A stretch of DNA of 36,768 nucleotides from positions 1-36,768 of the forward strand of contig JAJYWO010000016.1 in assembly GCA_021791445.1 (NCBI GenBank), in the 5' to 3' direction. Shown here piece after piece: positions 26,005-36,768 of this stretch; position 1 is the first letter of the stretch; every line of letters starts with the position of its first letter. Both the position numbers and the translations under genes were made by a program. Source of the DNA: a bacterium (GTDB lineage: Bacteria > Patescibacteriota > Minisyncoccia > UBA6257 > UBA9933). The notes under the pieces were generated by a model, which saw only the letters and a list, made by a program, of their open reading frames with translations, was not told the origin of the DNA and made no database searches.

Positions 26005-26938
26005 GTGAGTACAGGACTCGAGAACGTATTCACCGCGCCATAGCTGATGCGCGATTACTAGCGATTCCAACTTCATGAGGGCGAGTTGCAGCCCTCAATC
26101 CGAACTGAGGCCGATTTTGATGGGATTGGCTCCAGCTTGCGCTTTCGCGACCCATTGTATCGGCCATTGTAGCATGAGTGTTGCCCAGGGTATCAAAGGG
26201 CCATGCGGATTTGACGTCATCCTCGCCTTCCTCCGCGTTAAACACGGCAGTCTCTCGTGACACTTATAACACGAGATAAGGGTTGCGCTCGTTACCCCAC
26301 TGAAGGGAACAATTCAAATCACGAGCTGACGGCAACCATGCAGCACCTGTCCAAATGTCCTTGTGAGACCTCCAACGTTTCCATCGGAGTTCATTTGGAT
26401 TTCTAACCCTGGTAAGGTTCCTCGCGTACCGTCGAATTAAACCTCATGCTCCACCGCTTGTGCGAGTCCCCGTCTATTCCTTTGAGTTTTAAACTTGCGT
26501 TCGTACTTCCCAGGCGGTCTACTTAACGCGTTAGCTTCGCCGCCGAGAGGGTCGATACTCCCAACAGCTAGTAGACATTGTTTAGGGCGTGGACTACAAG
26601 GGTATCTAATCCTTTTTGCTACCCACGCTTTCGCGGCTCAAAGTCAGGAACGTCCCAGCAGAATGCCTTCGCCTTTGGTGTTCCAGCCGATATCAACGGA
26701 TTTCACCCCTACACCGGCTGTTCCATCTGCCTTTAACGCCCTCTAGTTTGGCAGTTTTCAACGCAGCCCCAAGGTTAAGCCCTGAGATTTAACGTCAAAC
26801 TTGCCAAGCCTCCTGCCCGCGCTTTACGCCCAATAAATCCGGATAACGCTTGAGGTCTCTGTATTACCGCTGCTGCTGGCACAGAGTTAGCAACCTCTTA
26901 TTCCCACGGTACAATCACCGTAGTTTTTCCCGTGGAAA

Positions 26939-26977
<39 letters not shown>

Positions 26978-27531
26978 GTCGCTCCATCAGGCTTTCGCCC
27001 ATTGTGGAATATTCTCGACTGCTGCCACCCGTAGGTGTACGAGCCGTGTCTCAGTCTCGTCGTTGGAGGTCAGCCTCTCAGCCCTCCTACCGGTCGTAGC
27101 CTTGGTGAGCCATTACCTCACCAACTAGCTGATCGGACCTAGGCCAATCATAAAGCGTCTTGCGACTTTGCCCTTGCGGGAATATTTGGAATTACCTCAT
27201 CTTTCGACAAGCTATGCCAAACTTTATGGTATGTACCAGGGTGTTACTAACTCGTTCGCCGCTAACACAATTATTGATGTAATCACAAATTGTATTCGCT
27301 CGACTTGCATGCCTTATCCACGCCGCCAGCGTTCATCCTGAGCTAGGATCAAACTCTCAAATAAAAGTAGTTAGTAGTAAGTAATTAGTAGAAAGCAAAA
27401 CGCTAACTACTGGCTACTTACTACATTCTACTCGAATAAAATTGGGACAACTAAAAAAATTCTGATTACTCTCGCTTTTGGAAAAGCGAGTCATTAAATT
27501 ATCAAAGTTCCTTCCATTACAGACAAATACC

Positions 27532-27581
27532 ATTATAAGGACGCGGCGGGACTTGTCAAGAGAAAAAAGCCGTGTTAATAT
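27532..27581. promoter_or_regulatory. back-to-back sigma-70 promoters for 16S (-) and rpmE (+) sharing the -35 region
   Basis: Minus: TTGACA (27554-27559)-16 nt-TATAAT (27532-27537). Plus: TTGTCA (27553-27558)-17 nt-TAATAT (27576-27581) with an extended TG. Confidence 0.75.
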
Positions 27582-27589
27582 GCTTTAAT

Positions 27590-27838
27590 ATGAAAAAAGA
27601 AATTCACCCCCAATATCACCAAAAAGCGAAAGTCCAGTGCGCGTGCGGCGCCCATTTTACCGTCGGCTCCACAAAGCCGGAAATTAAAATTGAAATCTGC
27701 GGCAATTGCCACCCTTTTTACACCGGCAAAGAAAAAATGATTGACACAATGGGAAGAATTGAAAGATTCAAAGCGAGAAGCGCGAAGAAAAAAGAAATCA
27801 CTCCCAAGAAACCGCGAATAAAAAAATCTTCAAAATGA
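27590..27838 (+). CDS. rpmE: 50S ribosomal protein L31 (Zn-binding type)
   Basis: [27 protein letters not shown]; ATG 27590 preferred to GTG 27572. Confidence 0.96.
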   Translation: MKKEIHPQYHQKAKVQCACGAHFTVGSTKPEIKIEICGNCHPFYTGKEKMIDTMGRIERFKARSAKKKEITPKKPRIKKSSK

Positions 27839-27839
27839 A

Positions 27840-28571
27840 ATGAATAAGATTATTCTTGAAATCCGCGCCGGCGCGGGCGGAGACGAAGCCGCTATTTTCG
27901 CCGGCGACCTTGTGAGAATGTATCAAAAATACGCCGCCCAAAAAGGCTGGAAATTTTTTGAAATCGACTCCAATCAAACCTCTCTTGAAGGTTATAAAAC
28001 TTTTATCGGTAAAATTTCCGCCGAAGGCAGAGGAGAAAATGTTTACGAATTACTGAAACAAGAGTCGGGAACGCACCGCATTCAAAGAATTCCCAAAACC
28101 GAAAAATCCGGCCGTGTCCACACTTCAACCGCCACTGTCGCCGTTCTTCCGGAAATAGAAGCTAAAGAAGTTGAAATAAATCAAAACGATTTGGAAGTCA
28201 CTTTTTCAAGAGCCGGCGGACCGGGCGGCCAAAATGTCAATAAAGTTGAAACAGCGGTCAGAATTCTGCACAAGCCGAGCGGCATTGTCGTTTCTTCGCG
28301 AACCGAACGTTCGCAGCACGCCAACCGCGAATCCGCGATGTCGATTCTTCGCGCCAAACTTTATGAAATCCAACAGCAAACCGAGGCGCAAAAACTGGGA
28401 ATCGACCGCAAAGAACAAATCGGCACAGCCGACCGCTCGGAAAAAATAAGGACTTACAATTTCCCGGACGATAGAATCACCGACCACCGCTTTAACGTTA
28501 AAGTCCACAATATCGAAAAAGTGCTTAATGGAGACCTTGATATTCTTCTGAAAAAAATCCACAAAAATTAA
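27840..28571 (+). CDS. prfA: peptide chain release factor 1 lacking N-terminal domain 1
   Basis: [26 protein letters not shown] (PxT), [17 protein letters not shown]; only 243 aa. Confidence 0.9.
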   Translation: MNKIILEIRAGAGGDEAAIFAGDLVRMYQKYAAQKGWKFFEIDSNQTSLEGYKTFIGKISAEGRGENVYELLKQESGTHRIQRIPKTEKSGRVHTSTATVAVLPEIEAKEVEINQNDLEVTFSRAGGPGGQNVNKVETAVRILHKPSGIVVSSRTERSQHANRESAMSILRAKLYEIQQQTEAQKLGIDRKEQIGTADRSEKIRTYNFPDDRITDHRFNVKVHNIEKVLNGDLDILLKKIHKN

Positions 28572-28621
28572 TACGCATAGGCGGGGCGTGAGCGGGTTGA
28601 AGAAATAATTTTGCGTTTGCT

Positions 28622-29998
28622 TTAACCCGATATTGTCTCTATATCATCCTCAAACTTAACGGCCCTATCCGCCACGCGATAGCCGTATCTGCCCACACTC
28701 ATATAACTCTTGTAATTTTTTCCGGCGTAATATTTGGCCGCCGCGCAATTCTCCTGCGAAAAAGAACTGGAATAAATTTGCTTGCAGGAAGTAAGCCCGT
28801 CTTTAAGGTAAAGCGCGGTCGCCGTAAAAGCGTCAAAATTATTAAACGGCGAAGCTGGGTCGGCGCCGGTAACTTCCGCAACGCGGGATTCGTACAATTC
28901 CCATGTTGTCGGCATAAATTGCGCCGGCCCCATGGCGCCGCCGTAAGCGCCGTCAGACGCTATTGGACAAGAAACAGGGGTAGTATCCGGATTCATTTTT
29001 AATTCTTCCATAAATCGCAAAAACGCCGGCTTTTGAGAATTACTCATCACCGTTTTGCTTCCATTGTTGCGCGGAGTGTTGTAATAGCATTTGCCAAGAT
29101 TGGCGCCGATTGTTCCGTTTATGGCCGACTCTTGGGTAAGAATCGCCAAAATAAACGCCGCGCGCACGCCCGTCGCTCTTTCCGCGGCTTGGGCGATTTT
29201 TACGGCTTCGCCGAACGGCAATTCTCCGCCGCCGAGCATTCTGAATATCCTACTCCTGATTTCAGCCGCGGTTTTTTTCGTTTCCACAAGCATTTTTTGA
29301 TATTCCGATTCCTTGCCTTTGGTGGTTTTTAATAAGCTGTTTTTTTGAGTTTGCGTTTTTTGAACGGTTGATTTCTGAGAATCCATATAATTTTTTAATT
29401 CTTGCGCATCGGTCCGCTCCAGCGCCAATGATTCTTTGGCGTCAACCAAGCCTTGTTTTAAATCAACAATTCTCCTCAAAACGGTTTTCAAATTATCCTG
29501 CACTTTCATCAAGCCGTTCAAATTGTTCATAAAATCCGAAAGATTGTCGTTCGCCAAAAATATCTCAACCGTTCCCCTTCTTTCATTTTCATAAATATTG
29601 CGCAAAACTTCCGCCAGCGCTTTTTGGTTAAAATCAATGTCTTTCCCCGTAGAATTTATTTTTGATTGAGTGAGTTTAATTTCATCATTAAGTTTTTTAA
29701 TGCTAAGATTGGTCGCTTTTATTTTGGCGTTAAGGCTGATGATATTGGCATTCAATTTGTTTATTTCCGACTGCAAAGTGTTGCCTTGTTTTTTCAGTTT
29801 CGCGATTTCCGCTTCCTGTTCTTCTATCTGCTTTTCGTATTTTTCCAATTCCGCTTCAAGCGCCTTACGCTCTTCTTCCAAAACCGGATCTTGGGCGTTC
29901 GCAACAATAAAAAAACCCGCCATCGCGGCAATGATCACGATAAGCGCGTAAAATTTATAAGTCTTAGTGGACCGATGAGTCCTATTGGTCCTGTCCAT
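28622..29998 (-). CDS. coiled-coil lytic murein transglycosylase (MltB/SLT_2-like)
   Basis: TM/signal segment; long coiled coil; LAILTQES and GGAMGPAQFMPTTW. Confidence 0.85.
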   Translation of the reverse strand: MDRTNRTHRSTKTYKFYALIVIIAAMAGFFIVANAQDPVLEEERKALEAELEKYEKQIEEQEAEIAKLKKQGNTLQSEINKLNANIISLNAKIKATNLSIKKLNDEIKLTQSKINSTGKDIDFNQKALAEVLRNIYENERRGTVEIFLANDNLSDFMNNLNGLMKVQDNLKTVLRRIVDLKQGLVDAKESLALERTDAQELKNYMDSQKSTVQKTQTQKNSLLKTTKGKESEYQKMLVETKKTAAEIRSRIFRMLGGGELPFGEAVKIAQAAERATGVRAAFILAILTQESAINGTIGANLGKCYYNTPRNNGSKTVMSNSQKPAFLRFMEELKMNPDTTPVSCPIASDGAYGGAMGPAQFMPTTWELYESRVAEVTGADPASPFNNFDAFTATALYLKDGLTSCKQIYSSSFSQENCAAAKYYAGKNYKSYMSVGRYGYRVADRAVKFEDDIETISG

Positions 29999-30001
29999 TT
30001 T

Positions 30002-30637
30002 TTATTCCGCGGCTTTTTCCTTTTCTCTCGCTTCTTTCTTTTCTTCGGTCTCAACTTTAACGTCTTCCACGCTAACCGCCGGCGCGACTTCTTCCACTTT
30101 CGGTTCAACAATGGTCGCTATCGCGGTTTCCAAGTCAACTAAAATTTTAACGTCTTTGCCTAAATCAATGTCTTTAACCAAAATACTTTCGCCGATCTTA
30201 TCTAATTTCGCCAAATCAATCTCAACGCGGTGCGGCAAATTGGCGGGCAAAGCTTCAATTTCCAATTCATGAATCGCTTTAATCAAAACTCCGCCTTCTT
30301 TCACTGCCGGCGATTCACCGACAAATACAACCGGAATGTTCACGCGGATTTTCTCGTCCATTCTTACGCCGTAAAAATCAATATGCGAAACATTGTCGGT
30401 CAAAGCGTCTTTCTGGACATCATGAATAAGAGCGTTAATTTTTTTGCCATCAACATTCAGCTTTATAATCGTGCTTTCGCCAACTTCCTTGAAAATTTTA
30501 TTGAATTCCTTCGCCGGAACGCTCAAATGCAAATTTTCCGTTCCATGGCCGTAAAATTCCGCCGGAATCAAATTCTGCTTTCTTAAAACGCTTAAATTCT
30601 TCCCCAATATTTCTCTTTTTTGAGCTGTTAATTCCAT
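30002..30637 (-). CDS. rplY: 50S ribosomal protein L25 (Ctc type)
   Basis: LRKQNLIPAEFYG, HIDFY, C-terminal domain with LPANLP. Confidence 0.95.
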   Translation of the reverse strand: MELTAQKREILGKNLSVLRKQNLIPAEFYGHGTENLHLSVPAKEFNKIFKEVGESTIIKLNVDGKKINALIHDVQKDALTDNVSHIDFYGVRMDEKIRVNIPVVFVGESPAVKEGGVLIKAIHELEIEALPANLPHRVEIDLAKLDKIGESILVKDIDLGKDVKILVDLETAIATIVEPKVEEVAPAVSVEDVKVETEEKKEAREKEKAAE

Positions 30638-30643
30638 GTTATT

Positions 30644-32278
<1,635 letters not shown>

Positions 32279-32385
32279 CTAATTTAATAATTTTAAATTT
32301 CTAATTTTAAATTTTAAATAAATAACTTAATGACCTAATTTTAATTTAAAATTCAATCGATTAAAATTTAATTAAAATTCAAAAT

Positions 32386-32676
32386 TTAAAATTCTAAAAC
32401 TGCGAGTATATCTTCTTCCTCTCCGACCAAATATTTTTTCCCTTCAATTTCAATCTCGTCCGGGCCGTATTTTTTAAACAAAACAACATCTCCGGCTTTC
32501 ACGGACATCGGAATCCGCTCGCCGTTTTCTTTCATCTTTCCGGGACCCGCAAAAACAATCTTGCCCTTTACGGGCTTTTCTTTTTCAACGGTTTCCGGAA
32601 GCACAATCCCCGATTCCGTCTTCTTTTCTTCCTCAATTACTTCAATAAAAATATGATTTGACAATGGTTTTATCAT
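32386..32676 (-). CDS. groES: co-chaperonin GroES
   Basis: MIKPL, TESGIVLP, VKAGDVVLF.KY, EEDILAV. Confidence 0.98.
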   Translation of the reverse strand: MIKPLSNHIFIEVIEEEKKTESGIVLPETVEKEKPVKGKIVFAGPGKMKENGERIPMSVKAGDVVLFKKYGPDEIEIEGKKYLVGEEEDILAVLEF

Positions 32677-32683
32677 TTAAACC

Positions 32684-32711
32684 ATTATAATCGGGAGTTT
32701 TTCTTTGTCAA
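32684..32711 (-). promoter_or_regulatory. consensus sigma-70 promoter for groES-groEL (leaderless geometry)
   Basis: TTGACA-16 nt-TATAAT-7 nt-ATG. Confidence 0.8.
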
Positions 32712-32826
32712 TGAAAAAAAGAATTAATATTAAATTACTTCTGGTGATATTTTTTTAATTTCCGACATAAAAAAATCTTTTAATTCATCAATGGTAAGCG
32801 GTTTAACTATTCCGAATTACAAGGAA

Positions 32827-35127
32827 TTATTTCAGGGCGATTTTTAGCACTTCGTCCATATGCTTAACGAATCTGAAATCCAATTTCTTTCTGATTTCTT
32901 CAGGGATGTCCGTTAAATTTTTTTCGTTGTCTTTCGGCAAAACCACCATTTCGACGCCGGCCCGATGGGCGGCCAAAACTTTTTCCTTAACTCCACCGAT
33001 TTCCAAAACTTTTCCGGTCAGCGTAATTTCTCCGGTCAATCCCACTTCTTTTTTAATCGGTTTTTTCTTTAAAGCGGAAACCAAAGCCGCGGCAATGGCA
33101 ATGCCGGCCGAAGGCCCGTCTTTAGGAATGGCGCCGGCCGGCACGTGAATGTGGATATCCGATTTCGCGTAAAAATTCGGGTTAAAATTAAGTTCTCGGC
33201 TTTTTGAACGGACATAGGATAAAGCCGCTTTCGCGGATTCCTGCATAACGTCTCCGAGCTGGCCGGTCAGCGTCAAAGTCCCTTTTCCCGGGACAATCAT
33301 CGTTTCAATCAAAATAATGTCTCCGCCGACCGGAGTCCAAGCCAAACCGGTGGCGATGCCGATTTCATCCTTGGCTTCGGCCATCGTAATCAAAAATTTT
33401 TCCGGCCCCAAAAAATCAAAAATGTTCGATTCGTCGACGATGATTTTCTTTTTAGCTTTCTCCTCGGCAATCCGTTTGGCGACTTTTCTGGCGATTTCCG
33501 ACAATTCCCTTTCTAAATTTCTGACGCCGGCTTCCCGCGTGTACTTATGAATAATTTTCCTGATTGCCGCGTCTTCTATTTGAAGCAAAGAAACAGTTAA
33601 GCCGTTGGCCGACAAAACCCGGGGAATTAAAAACTTTTTGGCGATGTGAAATTTTTCCTCATCGGTGTAGCCTGGAAATTCAATCACTTCCATCCGGTCT
33701 CTCAAAGCCGGCGGAATCGGGTCGAGAATGTTGGCGGTGGTGATGAAAAAAACTTCTGAAAGGTCGAACGGCGCTTCAATATAATGGTCGGAAAAAGCCT
33801 TGTTTTGCTGAGGGTCCAACGCTTCCAAAAGCGCGGCCGAAGGGTCGCCGCGAAAATCGGCGCCGATTTTATCAATTTCATCCATCATAAAAACCGGATT
33901 TTTAACGCCGGCATTTTTCATTCCCTGAATAATTCTTCCCGGTAAAGCGCCGACGTAAGTCCGGCGATGGCCCCTGATTTCCGCCTCGTCCCGAATACCG
34001 CCCAAAGAAATCCGGACAAATTTTCTGTCCAAGGCCCGGGCAATCGACTGGCCGACCGAAGTCTTGCCGGTGCCCGGCGGCCCGACAAAACAAAGAATGG
34101 TTCCACCGCCTTTTCCTTTGGTCAATTTTTGAACCGCCAAATATTCCAAAACTCTTTCCTTGGCTTTTTCCAAACCGTAATGGTCTTCGTCCAAAACTTC
34201 CTTGGCTTTTTTTAACTCCAATTTGGTTTTGCTTTTAGCGCTCCAGGGAAGTTCAATCAACCAATCCAGATAAGTTCTGATAAAAGGCGCCTCGGCGCTG
34301 AAAACCGTCATCGTTCTTAAACGATGAAGCTCTTTTAAGGCTCTTTCTTCGACGGCTTTCGGCATTTTCGCCTGAATAATTTTCTTTTCCAGGTCGGCGT
34401 ACTCTTTTTCTTCTTCGTAGATTCCCAGCTCTTTTTCAATCGCTCTCATCTGCTCCCTTAAAATGATTTCTTTCTGTTCTTTGGTTAATTTCCTTCTGAC
34501 CTCCCGCTGAATTCTTCTTTCCGCTTCAATAATATCCAATTCCTCCGCCAATTTTTTATTAAGAAATTCAAGACGCTTTTTTACGTCCGGCTCCTCGAGA
34601 AGTTTTATTTTGTCCGGAAAATCGATTCTTATGGCCGCCGAAACGATGTCGCCGATTTTTTCCGGCGGAACGTATTCTTTTTGAATTTCGCCGATGACCG
34701 CCCAGGGCAAGGTGCCCTCCAATTGAATCAATCTCTTGAATTGGTCAAAAACGCTTCGGGAAAGCGCTTCCAGTTCCGTCGTGATTTCTTCTTTTTCTTC
34801 CGGAATTATTTCAAATTCCGCCTTGTTGATGTTTTTCTCCGAAAAAACGCGAAGGATTTTTATCCGCTTGGTTCCTTCGACGGTGACGCCGATAATCGAC
34901 GGACCTAATTGCCAGAATTGAAAAATTTTCACGATCGTGCCGATCGGGCTGTTTTCGGCGTTTTTTTGGAAAATTAAAACCAGTTGGCCGTCGCCTTTCA
35001 ACGCTTCGTTGACGGCGCTAATCGCTTCATTGCCCTGCAAAATCAAGGGTATTTTTTCAACCGGAAAAACTACGGCTTTCCTTAAAAGCGTGAAAGGGCA
35101 AATTTTCCTTTCGTTAGGCTTGGGCAT
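32827..35127 (-). CDS. lon: ATP-dependent Lon protease
   Basis: GPPGTGKTS, GHRRTYVGALPG, DEIDK, PKDGPSAG, IGGVKEK. Confidence 0.98.
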   Translation of the reverse strand: MPKPNERKICPFTLLRKAVVFPVEKIPLILQGNEAISAVNEALKGDGQLVLIFQKNAENSPIGTIVKIFQFWQLGPSIIGVTVEGTKRIKILRVFSEKNINKAEFEIIPEEKEEITTELEALSRSVFDQFKRLIQLEGTLPWAVIGEIQKEYVPPEKIGDIVSAAIRIDFPDKIKLLEEPDVKKRLEFLNKKLAEELDIIEAERRIQREVRRKLTKEQKEIILREQMRAIEKELGIYEEEKEYADLEKKIIQAKMPKAVEERALKELHRLRTMTVFSAEAPFIRTYLDWLIELPWSAKSKTKLELKKAKEVLDEDHYGLEKAKERVLEYLAVQKLTKGKGGGTILCFVGPPGTGKTSVGQSIARALDRKFVRISLGGIRDEAEIRGHRRTYVGALPGRIIQGMKNAGVKNPVFMMDEIDKIGADFRGDPSAALLEALDPQQNKAFSDHYIEAPFDLSEVFFITTANILDPIPPALRDRMEVIEFPGYTDEEKFHIAKKFLIPRVLSANGLTVSLLQIEDAAIRKIIHKYTREAGVRNLERELSEIARKVAKRIAEEKAKKKIIVDESNIFDFLGPEKFLITMAEAKDEIGIATGLAWTPVGGDIILIETMIVPGKGTLTLTGQLGDVMQESAKAALSYVRSKSRELNFNPNFYAKSDIHIHVPAGAIPKDGPSAGIAIAAALVSALKKKPIKKEVGLTGEITLTGKVLEIGGVKEKVLAAHRAGVEMVVLPKDNEKNLTDIPEEIRKKLDFRFVKHMDEVLKIALK

Positions 35128-35203
35128 TTCTTTTATTATAACATAATGCCTCGTCAGCTTAAATATATGCCAATAGAAATTTAGAAATTAAAGACTTTTT
35201 TTG

Positions 35204-36433
35204 TTATTTTTGAAGGCAGAAATTAATTTTATTTTCTAACTCTTCTATCTTTTTCTGCTGTTCTTTTATCGCTTCCACTAAAACAGGGGTAATTTTGGAA
35301 TAGTCTAATGATTTATACCCTTGTTCGTCTGCGGAAACGATTTCCGGCAATACCTTTTCAACATCCTGGGCGATAAAACCTAAGGATTGTTTATCGCTGT
35401 CTTTCCATTTGAAACTTACGCCTTGAAGGTTAAGTGTTTTATTTAGCGCGTCCGTAATAATTGAAACATCTTCTTTCTTTCTGATATCGGAAAAGACATT
35501 CCAGGCGTTGGCAATGGCTGAAGTGCCGTCTCCTGAAGCGCCGACCTGTAATTTATATCCCGGCGTCGTCGTCCCGATGCCGACGTTGCCACCCAATGGG
35601 TTAATGCTGTAGGGATAACCGGCTAACTGACCATTGGCTGCATCCCATTTCCCAGATTGCTGCCAGAAAAAATTCTCACCAGCAGCACTTCCAAAAAATA
35701 CATTTCCGTTCCATTGACCATTACCACCAGCCCTAAAATATGCCTTTGACCTAATATCAGAAACTGTTGGTGCGCTATTAGCATTATCTGTACCAATGTG
35801 CAAGGGCACACTCGGCCCCGTCGTCCCGATGCCGACGTTGCCGGTACTACCTTGTAGAAATAACTGCTTCTCAACACCACTGCCTATCGCAAGATCGGTT
35901 GTTGCATCTATGTTAGTTCTTGCAACTATACTGACGAGATTATTGCTAATCTCATCGTTGATATATAACTTTCTACCTTGTCCCTGAAAAGTCGCTAATG
36001 TCCATGCGCCACTATTATCCATAACATGCAACTTCGCCCCCGGCGTCGTTGTCCCGATGCCGACGTTGCCGTTTTTTAAGGTTAAAACATCTGTGCTGGA
36101 AGCGTTGATTATCAAGGCGCTGTCAGTTCCGACTTTGAAAATCACGGGATTAGCGGCGCCGACTCTGTTTAATCCAAGAAGGGAATCAGTGGAACTGGAA
36201 ATAGTAAGGAAATAATTCGGGGTTGTGGTGCCCATTCCGATTCTGTTGTTTGAATCCGCGAATAATGTCTGACCAGCGGGATTGGGTGGAGAAGCAGTCG
36301 GCGGATTCCAGCTAAAAACGAATTTAAGAATCAATAAACTTAGAAATAAAATTGCGAAAAATAAAGAGGAAAAGAAATACGGCTTGTCGGAATGAGATGT
36401 TAATTTTTTAAAAAAATTAAATATTTTATTCAT
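35204..36433 (-). CDS. membrane-anchored fibre-like protein with GNVGIGTT repeats and a C-terminal peptidase S74 (intramolecular chaperone) domain
   Basis: N-terminal TM; four G(N/R)(V/I)G(I/M)GTT units; SDIRKKEDV, GFIAQDVEKVLPE, LVEAIKEQQ. Confidence 0.85.
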   Translation of the reverse strand: MNKIFNFFKKLTSHSDKPYFFSSLFFAILFLSLLILKFVFSWNPPTASPPNPAGQTLFADSNNRIGMGTTTPNYFLTISSSTDSLLGLNRVGAANPVIFKVGTDSALIINASSTDVLTLKNGNVGIGTTTPGAKLHVMDNSGAWTLATFQGQGRKLYINDEISNNLVSIVARTNIDATTDLAIGSGVEKQLFLQGSTGNVGIGTTGPSVPLHIGTDNANSAPTVSDIRSKAYFRAGGNGQWNGNVFFGSAAGENFFWQQSGKWDAANGQLAGYPYSINPLGGNVGIGTTTPGYKLQVGASGDGTSAIANAWNVFSDIRKKEDVSIITDALNKTLNLQGVSFKWKDSDKQSLGFIAQDVEKVLPEIVSADEQGYKSLDYSKITPVLVEAIKEQQKKIEELENKINFCLQK

Positions 36434-36500
36434 TTATTTTTAGATTCTGATATGGCTTTTATCAACTTTTGAAAAAATTCCACGGTTTTTATGTAAATTT

Positions 36501-36768
36501 TTATTTTCCATTTTCTAATTTTTCCAGGCGAAATTTAAGAAAATTGTTTTCTGTTTTTAATTCTTCTATCTGCTTCTGCTGCTCCTTAACAGCCCCCAAT
36601 AAAATTGCGCTGAATTTGGAATAATCAATAGATTTATAGCCTTTGTCGTCTGTAAAAACCAGTTCAGGGAATACTTTTTCAACTTCCTGAGCGATAAAGC
36701 CGATTTGATGTTTTGCGTCGGCGCCATTTTTCCAATTAAATCCTACGGCGCTAATGTTATCTAATTTT
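36501..36768 (-). CDS. C-terminus of a second peptidase S74 domain protein (5'-partial, absent from the ORF track)
   Basis: KLDNISAVGFNWKNGADAKHQIGFIAQEVEKVFPELV...AVKEQQKQIEELK...NGK*. Confidence 0.85.
   Translation of the reverse strand, partial: KLDNISAVGFNWKNGADAKHQIGFIAQEVEKVFPELVFTDDKGYKSIDYSKFSAILLGAVKEQQKQIEELKTENNFLKFRLEKLENGK

Noticed and set aside
36440-36511. 23-codon ORF between the two S74 genes
   Set aside because: Too short and featureless to support
35204-36768. Prophage tail module
   Set aside because: The complete protein has an N-terminal TM anchor and no other phage genes are visible; sequence beyond the window is unknown

Overview
Chromosomal, housekeeping-rich window from a bacterium that I infer belongs to the CPR/Patescibacteria (Parcubacteria-like). 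The inference rests on 16S signatures, the gene complement and the repeat landscape. The window holds about 35 CDSs, including a TraD/VirB4-like ATPase, a GT39 glycosyltransferase, ychF, rplS, uppS, cca, an ECF sigma/anti-sigma pair, HU, rny, gpmI, argS, smpB, infC-rpmI-rplT, a pilin, rpmE-prfA, rplY, groEL/groES, lon and two peptidase-S74 fibre-like proteins. It also holds 8 tRNAs, tmRNA and a stand-alone 16S rRNA gene. The most notable signals are as follows. (1) An 852-nt insertion in the 16S decoding region looks like a group II intron (domain V, EBS1, AY end) but carries a LAGLIDADG endonuclease instead of a reverse transcriptase. (2) Translation initiation appears rewired: the 16S 3' tail has no anti-Shine-Dalgarno, many genes have a -10 box 6-9 nt from the ATG (leaderless), a GGTCG leader motif is complementary to 16S helix 26, and RF1 lacks domain 1. 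(3) Several families of tiny palindromic or MITE-like elements sit in-frame in proteins and beside tRNAs; one, between infC and rpmI, has a clean target-site duplication. (4) DNA-identical linkers separate variable modules in a fibre-like protein. All calls are by eye; no searches were run.
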